Below, in pieces: positions 50,370-61,412 of a DNA stretch of 64,000 bases. The stretch is taken from positions 2,728,001 to 2,792,000 of the forward strand of contig OZ287070.1 in the NCBI GenBank assembly GCA_965645245.1. Reading direction: 5' to 3'. Below the pieces are notes generated by a model. The model searched no databases, was not told the origin of the DNA, and saw only the letters and a list, made by a program, of their open reading frames with translations. Within the stretch, counting starts at the first letter, position 1, and each line of letters opens with the position of its first letter. A program made the position numbers and the translations under genes. This stretch comes from Massalongia carnosa (Eukaryota).

Positions 50370-52039
50370 GCAAATTACTGAGATGACCCCCAAATAACCC
50401 CCCCATCGTTGCCTGGGGGTTATTTAGGGGTCAATTACCGTAATATACACGTAATTTTGCTTCTGGCGCTGTCACGATGACCCTCAAGAACTGTAATTAA
50501 TTGAAGGGGGTCATTTGGGGGTCATTTGGAATATTGCGACCGCACAGTTAAATGGCACGCACGAGGAAAAGTTCATTGAGCATCGGCTACCCGATAAAAG
50601 CCTTGCTACTCCAAGAAAGAAGACATGATTACAGCGATAAAAACGAGCGACTAGATATCTGTAGCCCGATGATCGTGCGATATCGGGGGGTCAATCATAG
50701 GTGGAGTGACTGAACCTACCAATTACAGCTCTATAACTTTCTACTTTAAGTGCTATAGGTCAATGAAAATCCATAGAATGCTTAAACAAGGCATTTGGAC
50801 TACGTGGCACTCGGGTTATCTAGCATTAACTCGACACTTGTTTGTGCATATCTTCGTCCATCATTTCTGCATACTTATGTCTCATTCAATCTCACTATAG
50901 TCGAATCATCAACAATGTCGCTTTATGTCGGTCAAGAGTGGGACGATAAAGATGAGACAAGACAGGCGATCACTAATTGGCTTGCAATCAAGGGCGAGTC
51001 ATGGCGTGTTGAGAAGGCCGAGAAGAATAGATATCTAGTTAAGTGCGATCATTGTGACTTTCGAATCAGAGCCAGCTTGTCCAACAAAACTGGGAGATGT
51101 AATACTTAAATGTATAAGAGCTAAGACAAAGAAATACTGACATTAGATCAGGGAAACTCACTAAAATGATCCCTCATACATGTGCCATATCGAACCACTC
51201 CGGCCATTCAGGTAGCAATGCTGTTCAGTATTTAGCAGCCACCAACAAGACAAATCAAGCGCTTGTGCAATCTGATCATCGGGTTAAATCGAGGCATTTA
51301 ATGACCGTCGAGACTTCCAGTCGAGGAATCAACACAAACTATATGGCGATGTGGCGCACAAAAGAGTTTCTCAAGATAAGCGGTTTGGCAATATTAAGCA
51401 AAGCTTTCAATATATACTTGTCAGCATGCGAAGAACAAAACAATACACGAACAGCATGGACAAATCTGGAGCTAGATGAGAACGGTTGTTTCAAACGATG
51501 TTGGGTAATGCCAAAGGCGACTGAGCGTGCTTTTCGTCATTGTCGTTCGGTGCTTCAGTGTGATGGTACCGCTTGCAAGACATCGGACGGGCTTGTGATC
51601 TTGTCTCTTGTTACTCAAGACGGTAACAACCAGGTATTGGAACTGGCGTGGGCATTGATCCCAATCGAGAACAAAGATAACTGGATCTATTTTTTACGGG
51701 CAATGGCATTATATATCCGATTTCGCTCGGGACGACAAGCGGTGATTATTAGTGATCGCAACAAAGGTATCAAACATGCAGTATCTGATCATTTCCCTGT
51801 CGCTTTAAGTGCTCATTGTTGCAAACATCTCGGAGACAATGTCGATAAAAAAATGGAAGAAGACATATCGGAATCTTTCTGGGATGCGGCCAAAGCTAAA
51901 ACACAGGCAAAATTCAACACTATACTCAACAGAATTAGAGCGACGAGACCTAATTGCGCAGGCTATATTGAAGACATACCTCCAGAGCAGTGGGCTGTAT
52001 ATGCTTTTCCTCGTCCTCGATATGGTCAATTATATTCTA
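50370..52039 (+). mobile_element. MULE (MuDR-like) element K, truncated by the YR retroelement
   Basis: MSLYVGQEW..RYLVKC..CDFRIRA, HTC, QCDGT, QDGNNQ, IISDRNKGI, AHCCKHL, PRYGQL; palindromic terminal region 50380-50530; left boundary approximate. Confidence 0.85.
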
Positions 52040-52267
52040 TGAGATGGTTCTATGTCACGTGAGGCCCCTGAGTCAAAGTAAATTAAGAATCACCCTCTGA
52101 AAATTCTTTCCTCATTCACTTCTTCTCACTCGGCCTCATCCATCTCACTGACTCGTCGTCGACCCCACGTTGTCTCGGTGCCCCTACCTCGCTGTCAGTG
52201 CTTGCTGCTTTTCCAATCTCACTGACTCGTCGTCGACCTCACGTTGTCTCGGTGCCCCTACCTCCCA

Positions 52268-53281
52268 ATGACGAACACCCGTTCCCAAAGCACCTTGATG
52301 GACGACATAGTCCCCGACCCCCAGGAGATTGTCGGATTGACGCAGGCCCAATCCAATCAAATCTTCGCCCTACAAAAGAAGAAAGCCGAGGCGGAAGCGA
52401 AGGCGGCCGAGGCTGAGGCTAGAATTGCCGAGTCCAAGGCATTGGTCGCCGAGAAGGAGGTGGAAAAAATGCAGCTAGAAATCGACTGCATGCGCCGAGA
52501 ATCTGACGCCCGAATAGCGGCCGTCATTCCTGCTGGCAAGCCGAGTCGTGTCGTCGGCGATGACGACGAGGACCTAGGTGAGATCCCTCTCGAAGTAAGA
52601 AGCATAGCACCCCGTTTCGCGGGCCTACCACAGGACGAGATCATCAAGATCTTTTCAAATAAATTCAAAGCCATCAACCTCTCCCGCCTCCGACACATGC
52701 ACGGCATGCAATACGAGTCATACAAGGATCAAGACCGCATCGGCATCGAAGACGGCGCCTTGAGGTTGAGAAAGGCATCCGGGACCTACAAAGATTTCGG
52801 AAAGACAGTTCATGACGTCTGGACCGAGAGCTTCATCAACTACACCTCGATCATGGTCAGTCTTTTCGGGAAATCGAGTCAACCGCTTCACGCCACCATG
52901 TCGGCATTCCACGGAAAAATCCTCACGCTGGCCAAGGTGTACGAGTGGCAGGAAGCAGTCCTCCCCCTCGCCATCGAAACCCACACCCACATCATCGCGT
53001 CTCAGCCATCCGACGCATCCCAATGGAAAATGCCCGACGAATTCCAAGCTCGATTCTGCACCCCCCTCACAGTCCTACGCCGTCGCCGCTCACGATCCCC
53101 GCCGTCCCGACGACCGACCCCGAGAGGAGACAGGGCCGAGAGGGCCGAGAAGGCAGCGGGGGAAATCTGCGACAAGTACAACAGCGGCACCTGCACCTGG
53201 CCGTCGTGCTACCGACAGCACAAATGCAAATCGTGCGGCGCGGCTGGGCATGGCCAGAAGACATGCCCAACGAAGAAATAG
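52268..53281 (+). CDS. Gag-like ORF1 of the YR retrotransposon
   Basis: Coiled-coil N-terminus, C-terminal double zinc finger CDKYNSGTCTWPSCYRQH-KCKSCGAAGHGQKTC. Confidence 0.88.
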   Translation: MTNTRSQSTLMDDIVPDPQEIVGLTQAQSNQIFALQKKKAEAEAKAAEAEARIAESKALVAEKEVEKMQLEIDCMRRESDARIAAVIPAGKPSRVVGDDDEDLGEIPLEVRSIAPRFAGLPQDEIIKIFSNKFKAINLSRLRHMHGMQYESYKDQDRIGIEDGALRLRKASGTYKDFGKTVHDVWTESFINYTSIMVSLFGKSSQPLHATMSAFHGKILTLAKVYEWQEAVLPLAIETHTHIIASQPSDASQWKMPDEFQARFCTPLTVLRRRRSRSPPSRRPTPRGDRAERAEKAAGEICDKYNSGTCTWPSCYRQHKCKSCGAAGHGQKTCPTKK

Positions 53282-53326
53282 GGGGTTGGTGCAGGAGGCA
53301 GTAGAATAGCTTCAATAGCTGAATTC

Positions 53327-55030
53327 ATGACGTCCCATCCCTGCTTACCTGCACCAATCAGACCAAATACAATCCCTTCGTTTCAACTCGTAGACGCATC
53401 TCGTCAGCGTTTGAAAGACAGCCCATCTCCCCTCGTACCGTCCGCATGGGCAACCCTACTTCAAGAGTATCCGGGCCCCCTCCGAGTCCATCTGCCCATG
53501 ATCTTTCGTTTCGGAGTACAAATCGGATACGAAGGCCCCACAGACATCCTTCGGATCGAAAAAAATCTGACATCAGCGAATGAGGACCCGGAAACGATCG
53601 AGAATAAGCTTCAAGAGGACCTCAGGAAGGGCCGAGTCAGACGAATAGCCGCCCCGAGTCAGCCATTTGTGGCCTCCCCCCTCGGCTTGGTCCCGAAACA
53701 TGACGGAGGATGGCGACGCATTCATCGTCTGTCTCATCCCAATCAAACATCAGTCAACGACAACATTCCAGAAGAGGCATCCAAATTACAATACGCCAGA
53801 CTCGATGACATTATTCAATTGATTCTGTCAGAGGGCAAAGGTGCTGTCATAGTGAAAAGAGACGTCAAAGACGCCTTTCGAAACGTTCCCGTCGCACCTC
53901 ATCATCAATGGCTTCTGGGTTTCGGATGGAATGACGAATTCTACACCGAGACATGCCTTTCGTTCGGACTGTCGACGGCCCCGTTCATCTTCAATCTTTT
54001 TGCGGAAGGCTTTCATTGGATTTTGGAATCCTTTCTACAATGGAGATTACATCACTATCTAGACGACTTCGTTGCAATTTTCCCATCCGAGACATCGTCA
54101 GAACGATTGCACCAAGAAACAAAAGCCTACAACATTCTCACCGACATTCTCGGCATCCCGAGAAACGACTCAAAAGACGCCGAGGGAACGACAGCGACAG
54201 TCTTCGGACTCGAGGTCGACACCATCAACAGTCTTATTCGTCTGCCAGCGGACAAGCTGGAAAAAGCGAGAATCATCACTACAAAGGCACTAAACGAGAC
54301 GACAATCAGCCTCGGCGACATGCAGTCAATAGCGGGCTTCCTAAGCTTCTGCGCACAGGCAGTCAAATTGGGCCGAGTCTTCTTACGATTATTCTGGAAT
54401 TTTATAGCCTCATTTCCCTCGGGCAGTCATCGTCGGGTCAAAAGAAGAATTCCCACATGGGTCAGACAGGATCTCATCTGGTGGAACAAACTTTTAGTGG
54501 ACTTCAACGGTATTGTCTTCTTCGAGACGTCAACACGAGACACGATCAAGGTGCATACGGATGCATGCCTCACGGGTCTCGGAGGCTATTTTCAACAAGA
54601 CAACGAGCTCGTGAATCAAAAAAACGCATGTAGGGCCCGAGTCCTAGTCCTCAATCAGGAAGAATCACCGAGCATAAACGTCCGAGAAGTCGAGGCTATC
54701 CTTCTAATCCATCAGAAATGGGCGCCGACATGGCGACATCGACAGATCCTTGTCTTTACCGACAGCAACACAGCATACACAGGATTCACGAATCTAACCC
54801 TCAAGGGACCGGCCAACGCGTCTCTACGAGAAATACTGTCCATAGCTGCAAAGTGGGACATCGTACTACGTTGTCAATGGATCAGTGGCACTTCCAATGG
54901 ACTAGCAGATGCCCTGTCACGTTTTGATGATGAAAGATTGGCTAACTTTTGCCCTCATTGGCAGAACCCATACAATTCGATGAACCTCCCTCCACCTACC
55001 TATCCTCCACACCAGGGTCAGCCCTGGTAA
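53327..55030 (+). CDS. Reverse transcriptase/RNase H of the YR retrotransposon
   Basis: SPLGLVPK, KRDVKDAF, LSFGLSTAPFIF, HYLDDF, RNase H TDAC..E..FTDS..LADALSR. Confidence 0.95.
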   Translation: MTSHPCLPAPIRPNTIPSFQLVDASRQRLKDSPSPLVPSAWATLLQEYPGPLRVHLPMIFRFGVQIGYEGPTDILRIEKNLTSANEDPETIENKLQEDLRKGRVRRIAAPSQPFVASPLGLVPKHDGGWRRIHRLSHPNQTSVNDNIPEEASKLQYARLDDIIQLILSEGKGAVIVKRDVKDAFRNVPVAPHHQWLLGFGWNDEFYTETCLSFGLSTAPFIFNLFAEGFHWILESFLQWRLHHYLDDFVAIFPSETSSERLHQETKAYNILTDILGIPRNDSKDAEGTTATVFGLEVDTINSLIRLPADKLEKARIITTKALNETTISLGDMQSIAGFLSFCAQAVKLGRVFLRLFWNFIASFPSGSHRRVKRRIPTWVRQDLIWWNKLLVDFNGIVFFETSTRDTIKVHTDACLTGLGGYFQQDNELVNQKNACRARVLVLNQEESPSINVREVEAILLIHQKWAPTWRHRQILVFTDSNTAYTGFTNLTLKGPANASLREILSIAAKWDIVLRCQWISGTSNGLADALSRFDDERLANFCPHWQNPYNSMNLPPPTYPPHQGQPW

Positions 55031-56112
55031 AACGCCTCGTCTGGCACGGACACTCGGCGGACACGAGAAAAGGGTACGGGACGGCGATCGACTCATACGA
55101 GGCATTCTGCGCGACGACGGGACGCACGTCGTGGCCTGCAACAACCGAGTCCCTCGAGGAATGGCTAGCCGGTCGACTATACGGGGGCGGCACACCCAAG
55201 CAGGGAAAGATAAAACCAGAGACGGCAGCGAGCTACCTCGCCGGCCTCAGATCATACCATGTAGACCGAGGATACGGTCTCACCCCATTCGAGGGGCCGA
55301 GACTTCAATTGATGCTGAAAGGGGGAAAAAGGATCTTTTCTCAGACAAAAAGAAGACGCCTACCCATTTCAAAAGAATTACTGACAAAAATCACCAGTAT
55401 TCCCGCTCATTCGGCCGAAGACCTCAACATCGACGCGACATTCAAAGTTGCATGGGCAGGGTTCCTCAGACTCGGGGAAATCACCTACACTGTCGCCGAT
55501 CGTAAGAAGACATCTTTTCAGAGATTGAAACCTACACGAGGTGACATCTCATTCGCCGAGAACGATCAATACGCGACATTACGTCTCAAAAGAAGCAAAA
55601 CAGACACAAGTCACTCAGGAGTTCAGATAGTGCTGGCAGCGACCAATGAGAGCACTTGCCCCGTGACAGCACTACGGCGTCTTTTCAGAAATGATCCTCA
55701 GCCATCTACATCCCCGCTTTTTCGTCTCGGCACCGCATTCACCAGAGCCTCCGTCATAGCATCCCTGAAAAAGAGACTGATAGCCGCCGGCATCAACGAC
55801 TCGGCATACTTGGGACACAGCTTCAGAAAAGAAGCAGCACAACACGCCGCCGACCACGGGATGCTGGATGAGAGTATTCAGAGACTCGGAAGATGGTCAT
55901 CAAACGCGTTTCAGCTATACTTTCAGACGTCCCAGGCCTCACTATTCAATTTGAACCTCACTTTTCAAAAAGGCATCCCTCTGGCAGTCCCACGTGCTGT
56001 CGTCGCCGAGACGAATCCTACAAACTCCTACCCCTACTCAATTGGGCATTCCATTGGGCGTACAGGTCAACCAGGGCATCGATCCGGAGCGCCGCCGGGC
56101 ACCTCCATCTAG
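54949..56112 (+). CDS. Tyrosine recombinase (overlaps RT end; true start uncertain)
   Basis: FLRLGE, KRSKTD, CPV, GHSFR, LGRWSSNAFQLY: R-K-H-R-W-Y residues present. Confidence 0.95.
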   Translation: MPSLAEPIQFDEPPSTYLSSTPGSALVKRLVWHGHSADTRKGYGTAIDSYEAFCATTGRTSWPATTESLEEWLAGRLYGGGTPKQGKIKPETAASYLAGLRSYHVDRGYGLTPFEGPRLQLMLKGGKRIFSQTKRRRLPISKELLTKITSIPAHSAEDLNIDATFKVAWAGFLRLGEITYTVADRKKTSFQRLKPTRGDISFAENDQYATLRLKRSKTDTSHSGVQIVLAATNESTCPVTALRRLFRNDPQPSTSPLFRLGTAFTRASVIASLKKRLIAAGINDSAYLGHSFRKEAAQHAADHGMLDESIQRLGRWSSNAFQLYFQTSQASLFNLNLTFQKGIPLAVPRAVVAETNPTNSYPYSIGHSIGRTGQPGHRSGAPPGTSI

Positions 56113-56369
56113 ATCATCGCGTCGGGCACTGCCGTCGGGCATCATCTATCGGATCGTTGAGCGTCAGCAGACGCCTCGGGCCTAGAAGATGAGGTTCTCA
56201 CCTCAGCACCGACCCCGAGTCACGTGCCTAGGCCTGCCCGGGCTGACCTGTGTCGTTCCCATGCCCAATCAAATTCAAGCATTCAAATCAATTCATCCAA
56301 TTAAAAGCCCCCCCCAGCGCAAGCGAAGGTAACGGCACCGATAAGGGTCATAGAACTGAATAGTTATTA

Positions 56370-59300
56370 CCTATCCGTGCCGCGTAGCTGGCACTCAGTC
56401 CTGTGAACTGAGTGCCGAACACCCATATAACCGAAAATTTAAATATTTTGACCAACCACCTTGATAAATTATCATCAACATCATCATATCTTCCACTCAT
56501 CAGGAAATTGAGGCTCGAATTCAACTAGCTATTGATCATTTATGAAAAAATCTTACAGCTAAAAGAGCTAAAATTGCGCGTCAATTCGACGTGCCTTCGC
56601 AGCGACTTCGTTTTCGACTTCAAGGTCATCCCCCGTATCTGACGTACGAGGACTGCATGGACGTCGATTATCATCTGATCAAGACTTGGCCTTAGTCTTA
56701 TAGATAGATAGATATATTCTTACGCCGATATGTCACCGGCCGAAGGCCGGCCCATGCGGGATGGACTACTATGCTACGCCAACGCTGCGCGTACGAGGTC
56801 CCAACGACCTCCAGCTGTGCTGCTCGTGTGCTTTTTCGATGAGTCCCTTGAATGAAAAGAAAATTATTGCTTGTATAGCAAGCTTGCCGATAAAGAAAAT
56901 TGCGCCAGAACGCCAGCTTCGATAATCCATCTCGTTACCTGTTTCAATGTTTTGGATGTTTCGAGTATCGTACGATACTCGTTGGTATTTATACGCCGAA
57001 ACAGCTCTTGTCTTCCCGTCATTAATGGGCAGTGCATGATTACGTGTTTGGCCGTTTGCTAGGGCCAACCACAGCTGCAGGCCGCCGTCGTCACGTTAGG
57101 AACTCGTCGTTTAAATAGAAAACTTGCCAGTCCTATTTTTTCCGTGCAAATTTGGGTAGCTAACGCGCTTTCCGCTTTTCCCAGATTGTCGTGTATTTTG
57201 TTCTTCCTTTGGTTAAGGAAGCGCGCTGTGCTTCGGTGGGAAAGGGTACGCGATCTTGATATGCTTTCCAGGTTGTCTGCCATTTCGTTTTGTAATGCGC
57301 TTTTGTGGCTTTCGTGTCAGCGCTGCGACTCATCCTTACTGCATTGGCTGTGAGCATGTGTTGCTCCGTAGGCGTGATCCAGGGTGGGTGCGGCGTTGGG
57401 GCTGCGGTGGGTATGGCGCTGATCACTGTGTTTTTGGCCCATTCATGCTTGAGCATTCCTGGGGTCGGTTTCGGCGATCTTTTCTTGCCCGCTTTTCCGC
57501 GCAACTTGCGTTCTATCTCCTTGCAGAAAGACGAGATGAGTCTCGTTTGCCCGGCGGTTCGTTGGCGATATCTCGCTTTGACTTGCAATTCTTCCAAATG
57601 CGATTCTATAGACATCACGTGCGTTTCGGTTTCCAATACTAGAATCGGGGTGGCCCGAAATGCACCCGTTATTGTTCGCAAGCACTTGTTTTGCATGACC
57701 GCCAGCTTGCTCGTCGCGGCTTTGCTTTTCCCTATTTCTTTCGGTGTGTGGCATACGGCGGATGCGTAGGTCATTGCCGGACGAACGACCGCAATATAAA
57801 CCTGTCTGGCCTTCGAGAACGAGGCTCCCCATGTGGACGCGGAGATCCTGGTCAGTGCACCCGATTGTTTCGTCATTTTTTCTTGGGTTTTCCGTACATG
57901 GGCTCCCCATCTCAGTTTGGTGTCGATTTGTAGACCCAGCACCCTGATATCCGGTTTGGGTTCGATCGTTTTTGTGCTTATCCTGATGGTGGCCGTCATG
58001 TCGAATTTTTTCTGATTTCTGGACAGATGAATAAGCTCGTATTTGCTCGGGGCAAACACGGAGCCGTGGCGTAAGGACCATCTCTCGCATTCCTTGTGAA
58101 TTCTTTCTAGCGTTCTGCAGTTTTCCTCGGTGCTTTTGCCGTATGCCAGAACGTTGACGTCGTCTACGAAGCCCAGTGAGCTTGTATTCGTGCCTGGTCT
58201 TTGACATATTTCCAGCAGGTCTGCGTTGTAGAATAAATATAGAATCGGGGAAATGGGAGAGCCCTGGGGGATCCCTGTTCTCACATCGAATACGTCGGTG
58301 GTGCGTCGTTGGATCGTAAGCGTTGTCCTTCTTTCGCTCAAGAAGCTCTCGGTCCAATCGGTAATCCATTTGGGAATCTTTCTCTTTCGCAGATTGTGTA
58401 TCAATCATTGGTGAGATACGGTATCGAACGCTCCTGCTACGTCCATGCTGAGCAGTGTTGCCACCTTGTCGTTGCCCTGGCCCCAGACCGTGTGCACCTG
58501 TTCCGTGAGAAGTTCCAGTGCCGATTCGGTGGATCTTCCTCTACGAGCCCCCATCTGCATGTCGGGTAGAAGATTGTTGCTCTCGGCCATGTAGGTGATT
58601 CTTCTTGCGATCACTGCTTCTAGTACCTTGCCCATTGTGTTCAATAACGCTATCGGTCGATAGGCTTTCGGGGTGGCCTTAGTCTTATATATTCAGCGAA
58701 TGATCGCATTAGGCCTTCATCCTCGTCTTCGAATGATAGAAGCAGCTGCCAATAAGTTGCTAATGCAGGGCTGGACTGATTCGACCCCACCACAACCATT
58801 GAGTCATGCGTGGGCCACGCGATGGATGAGTCGTCATTCTGAATTTCAGAAGATTAAACGCAAGCCTATTGCAGCCGTACGAAAGAATGCGGAGGACCCG
58901 GTCGTTTTACGAGCTTATTTTAATCAGTACAGTCAGATAGTGCATGAGCATGGCATATGTGATGAGGACAAATGGAATTTTGATGAGACGGGCTTTCGAT
59001 TGGGCATCGCACGATCAGATTGGGTCATTACTTTAGCAGATGACAAGCAGAAAAAGGTGTTTTCTAAAGATCCAGACAATCGTGAAAGTTTGACAGCCAT
59101 CGAAGGTATAAATGGCGCTGGGGGCAGCATTCCTTCATTTCTCATACTCAGTGGATTGATGATTCAAGGTTCATGGGCCGAAAATGATTTGAATGATGGA
59201 GTCATGTTTTCGACAGCCAAGACTGGTTATTCAAATGACTGGTTATCTATAGAATGGCTGAAGCATTTCGATAAGCACTCCTTAAAGAGTCAAAAAGAGG

Positions 59301-60074
59301 CGTATCGACTACTAATGATGGATGGTTATGGGTCGCATCATACTATTGAATTTATTGAGTACTGCAATGAGGCCAAAATGATTCCCTTCGGCCTGCCACC
59401 TCATACGACTCATCTGTTGCAACCATTGGACGTCGTAGTTTTTCAGCCCCTGAAACATTGGCATGCTGAGGCGGTTAAGGATGCAATGGCCCATGGGGAC
59501 GAGACGTTTAATAAGGTGGAATTTTTGAATGCTTTCAACTCGTTTCGAAATAAAGCATTCAAAATTTCGACTATAAAATCAGCATGGAAGGCCGTGGGCA
59601 TCATTCCTTTCGATCCGTCCGTTGTCTTCGATAAATTGGGAATAGGGGCCTCGTACATTGAGGCCGATCCTTTGGCTGATATTTATGATCAAACACCTGA
59701 TCATTCGGATAATGATCTTTCGGACCCGCAAACTCCGAAGACTTTGAGTGCTTTGCTTCAAGCTTCGTATGAAAGTGAGGCTCAATATCCGAAAATTCGT
59801 CAAAGGCGCTTTAGCATGTGCTCGAGAAAGCGAGCTGTTATCGGATCAATTAGCACTGACTAAAGCAGCCGAAAACTCTCGAAAGGTGAGTGCCAATCAT
59901 AGCAAGCATTACGTTCAAAAAGGAGGAGTTATTCAGGTGGATCAATGCAGAAGAATGACTTTCGAGCGAAAGGAGGAAGAGGAGCAATTGGAGTCGGATC
60001 GTCAGAATAAGGCTGATCGTCAACAACGAAAGCGATGGGGGCCGATATTTAGGGAGTTGAAACGGAAGATACTA
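56370..60074 (+). mobile_element. pogo/Fot1 element L, split by a LINE and cut by a Tc1
   Basis: HTH IARQFDVPSQRLRFRLQG, WNFDETGFRLG, MDGYGSH, LPPHTTHLLQPLDV; terminal hairpin GGCACTCAGT/ACTGAGTGCC; stop and frameshifts. Confidence 0.9.
56703..58673 (-). mobile_element. 5'-truncated Tad1-like LINE
   Basis: 16-bp TSD TGGCCTTAGTCTTATA (56687-56702, 58674-58689), (TATC)n tail, YRPIALLNTMGK, DVAGAFD, GIPQGSPISP, FVDD, C-terminal CSCG..HVIMHC; internal stops. Confidence 0.96.
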
Positions 60075-61412
60075 CAGTCCCGTGCCAAAAGTCTGCGGCC
60101 CAAACCGTAATTTTCGTGATTTCGCGTTTTCAACTAATCAACCCCCCATCTTCCACCTCATCATTTCACCATGCTTCGTGCTTCTTTGACCCCCATAAGT
60201 GGTAATCGGTCTCGTAACACTGAATTGACGCCATATCAACGTGGTATAATTGTTAGGGCCCAGGCGTTAGGGCACACACCGACCGAGATTGGGAAGACTC
60301 TTAATTTCACTAAATCGACCGTGCAGAGCACCATTCAGAAGCACTCAATTCGCAACGACGGCGTGTCTAAATCACGTTCTGGACGGCCTGAAGTGCTTTC
60401 AGAACGCGATCGACGTTATACCATCAAGCATGCACGAATCAATCCATGAATCACTTATGCACAAATCAAACTAGAAGTGGGGCTCGGCTGCAGTCGTACG
60501 ACTATTTAGCGGGCACTCAAACTGTATGGTTTAAACAACTGGGTGGCTAAAAAACGACCTTTATTGACGCCTGAGGTGGCCAAGAAACGATTGGATTGGT
60601 GCTTGCTGCGGCGTGAGTGGACTTTTGAGCAGTGGTCAAGAGTTATATGGTCAGATGAGTGCTCGGTGGAAAAGGGGTCAGGAAAACAGCGTCAGTGGGT
60701 GTTCAGATTGCCGAAAGAAAAATGGAATAAAGAGATGATACAACCTGTCCCCAAAGGCAAAGGAGTCAGTGTCATGGTCTGGGCAGCTTTTTCGTGAGAT
60801 GACAGGTCAGATCTTTACAAATTGGCTCGTGATTTTGCTGCGAAGAAGATGGGGTACTCGGCGAACTCATATATGGAATTATTGAACGATAATCTGCTTG
60901 GAATTTGGCAACCGGGCCTCATTTTCATGCAGGATAACGCACCTATACATAAGGCTAAAAAGGTGATGGAATGGTTCAATGAGAACGGCATAGAGGTCAT
61001 CGATTGGCCCCCCTATCCACCTGATTTAAATCCCATCGAGCACGTTTGGTATGTGCTCAAAAAGCTCGTCTATCAAGTCAACCCGAACATAGATTTGGTG
61101 AGCGGCAGTGATGAAACTGTTCGTGAGGTACTTTGGAAAGCGTTAGAAGAAGCCTGGACGTTGATAGATGTGAAAATGATGAGGAGGTTAATAGAGAGCA
61201 TGAATAGGAGGATAAAAGCGTGTATAGCGTCGGAAGGATGGTATACTAAATAGTAAAAATCAATTTTTGGGGGAATTCGTGTTTAGTATGTATGTAATCA
61301 TTATGTAAAGTTTCAAGACATTTCAGCAATCGTGACGTGGTTGATTGTTGATTGAATAGAATGATTGAAATGTTGGTGGGGTGCGGGGCCGCAGACTTTT
61401 GGCCTAGTACTG
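60075..61412 (+). mobile_element. Tc1/mariner element D, transposase 60171-61253 with premature stops
   Basis: TA on both sides; TIR CAGTCCCGTGCCAAAAGTCTGCGGCCC vs CAGTACTAGGCCAAAAGTCTGCGGCCC; WSDEC, MQDNA, DLNPIEH. Confidence 0.93.

Larger units (their letters stand above)
52040..56270 (+). mobile_element. Tyrosine-recombinase retrotransposon (Ngaro/DIRS group), apparently intact
   Basis: Gag-like, RT/RNase H and YR ORFs in tandem, no integrase, no LTR or TSD, no methyltransferase ORF; boundaries inferred from terminal fold-backs. Confidence 0.92.

Noticed and set aside
53327..55030. Retron or group II intron RT
   Set aside because: Has RNase H and DIRS-type motifs with Gag and YR partners
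54949..56112. Phage integrase, Starship captain or Crypton
   Set aside because: The YR is short, overlaps an RT/RNase H ORF and follows a Gag-like ORF, which is DIRS/Ngaro organisation
56348..56356. 8-nt complement of the YR element 5' end as a possible ITR
   Set aside because: Too short to distinguish from chance
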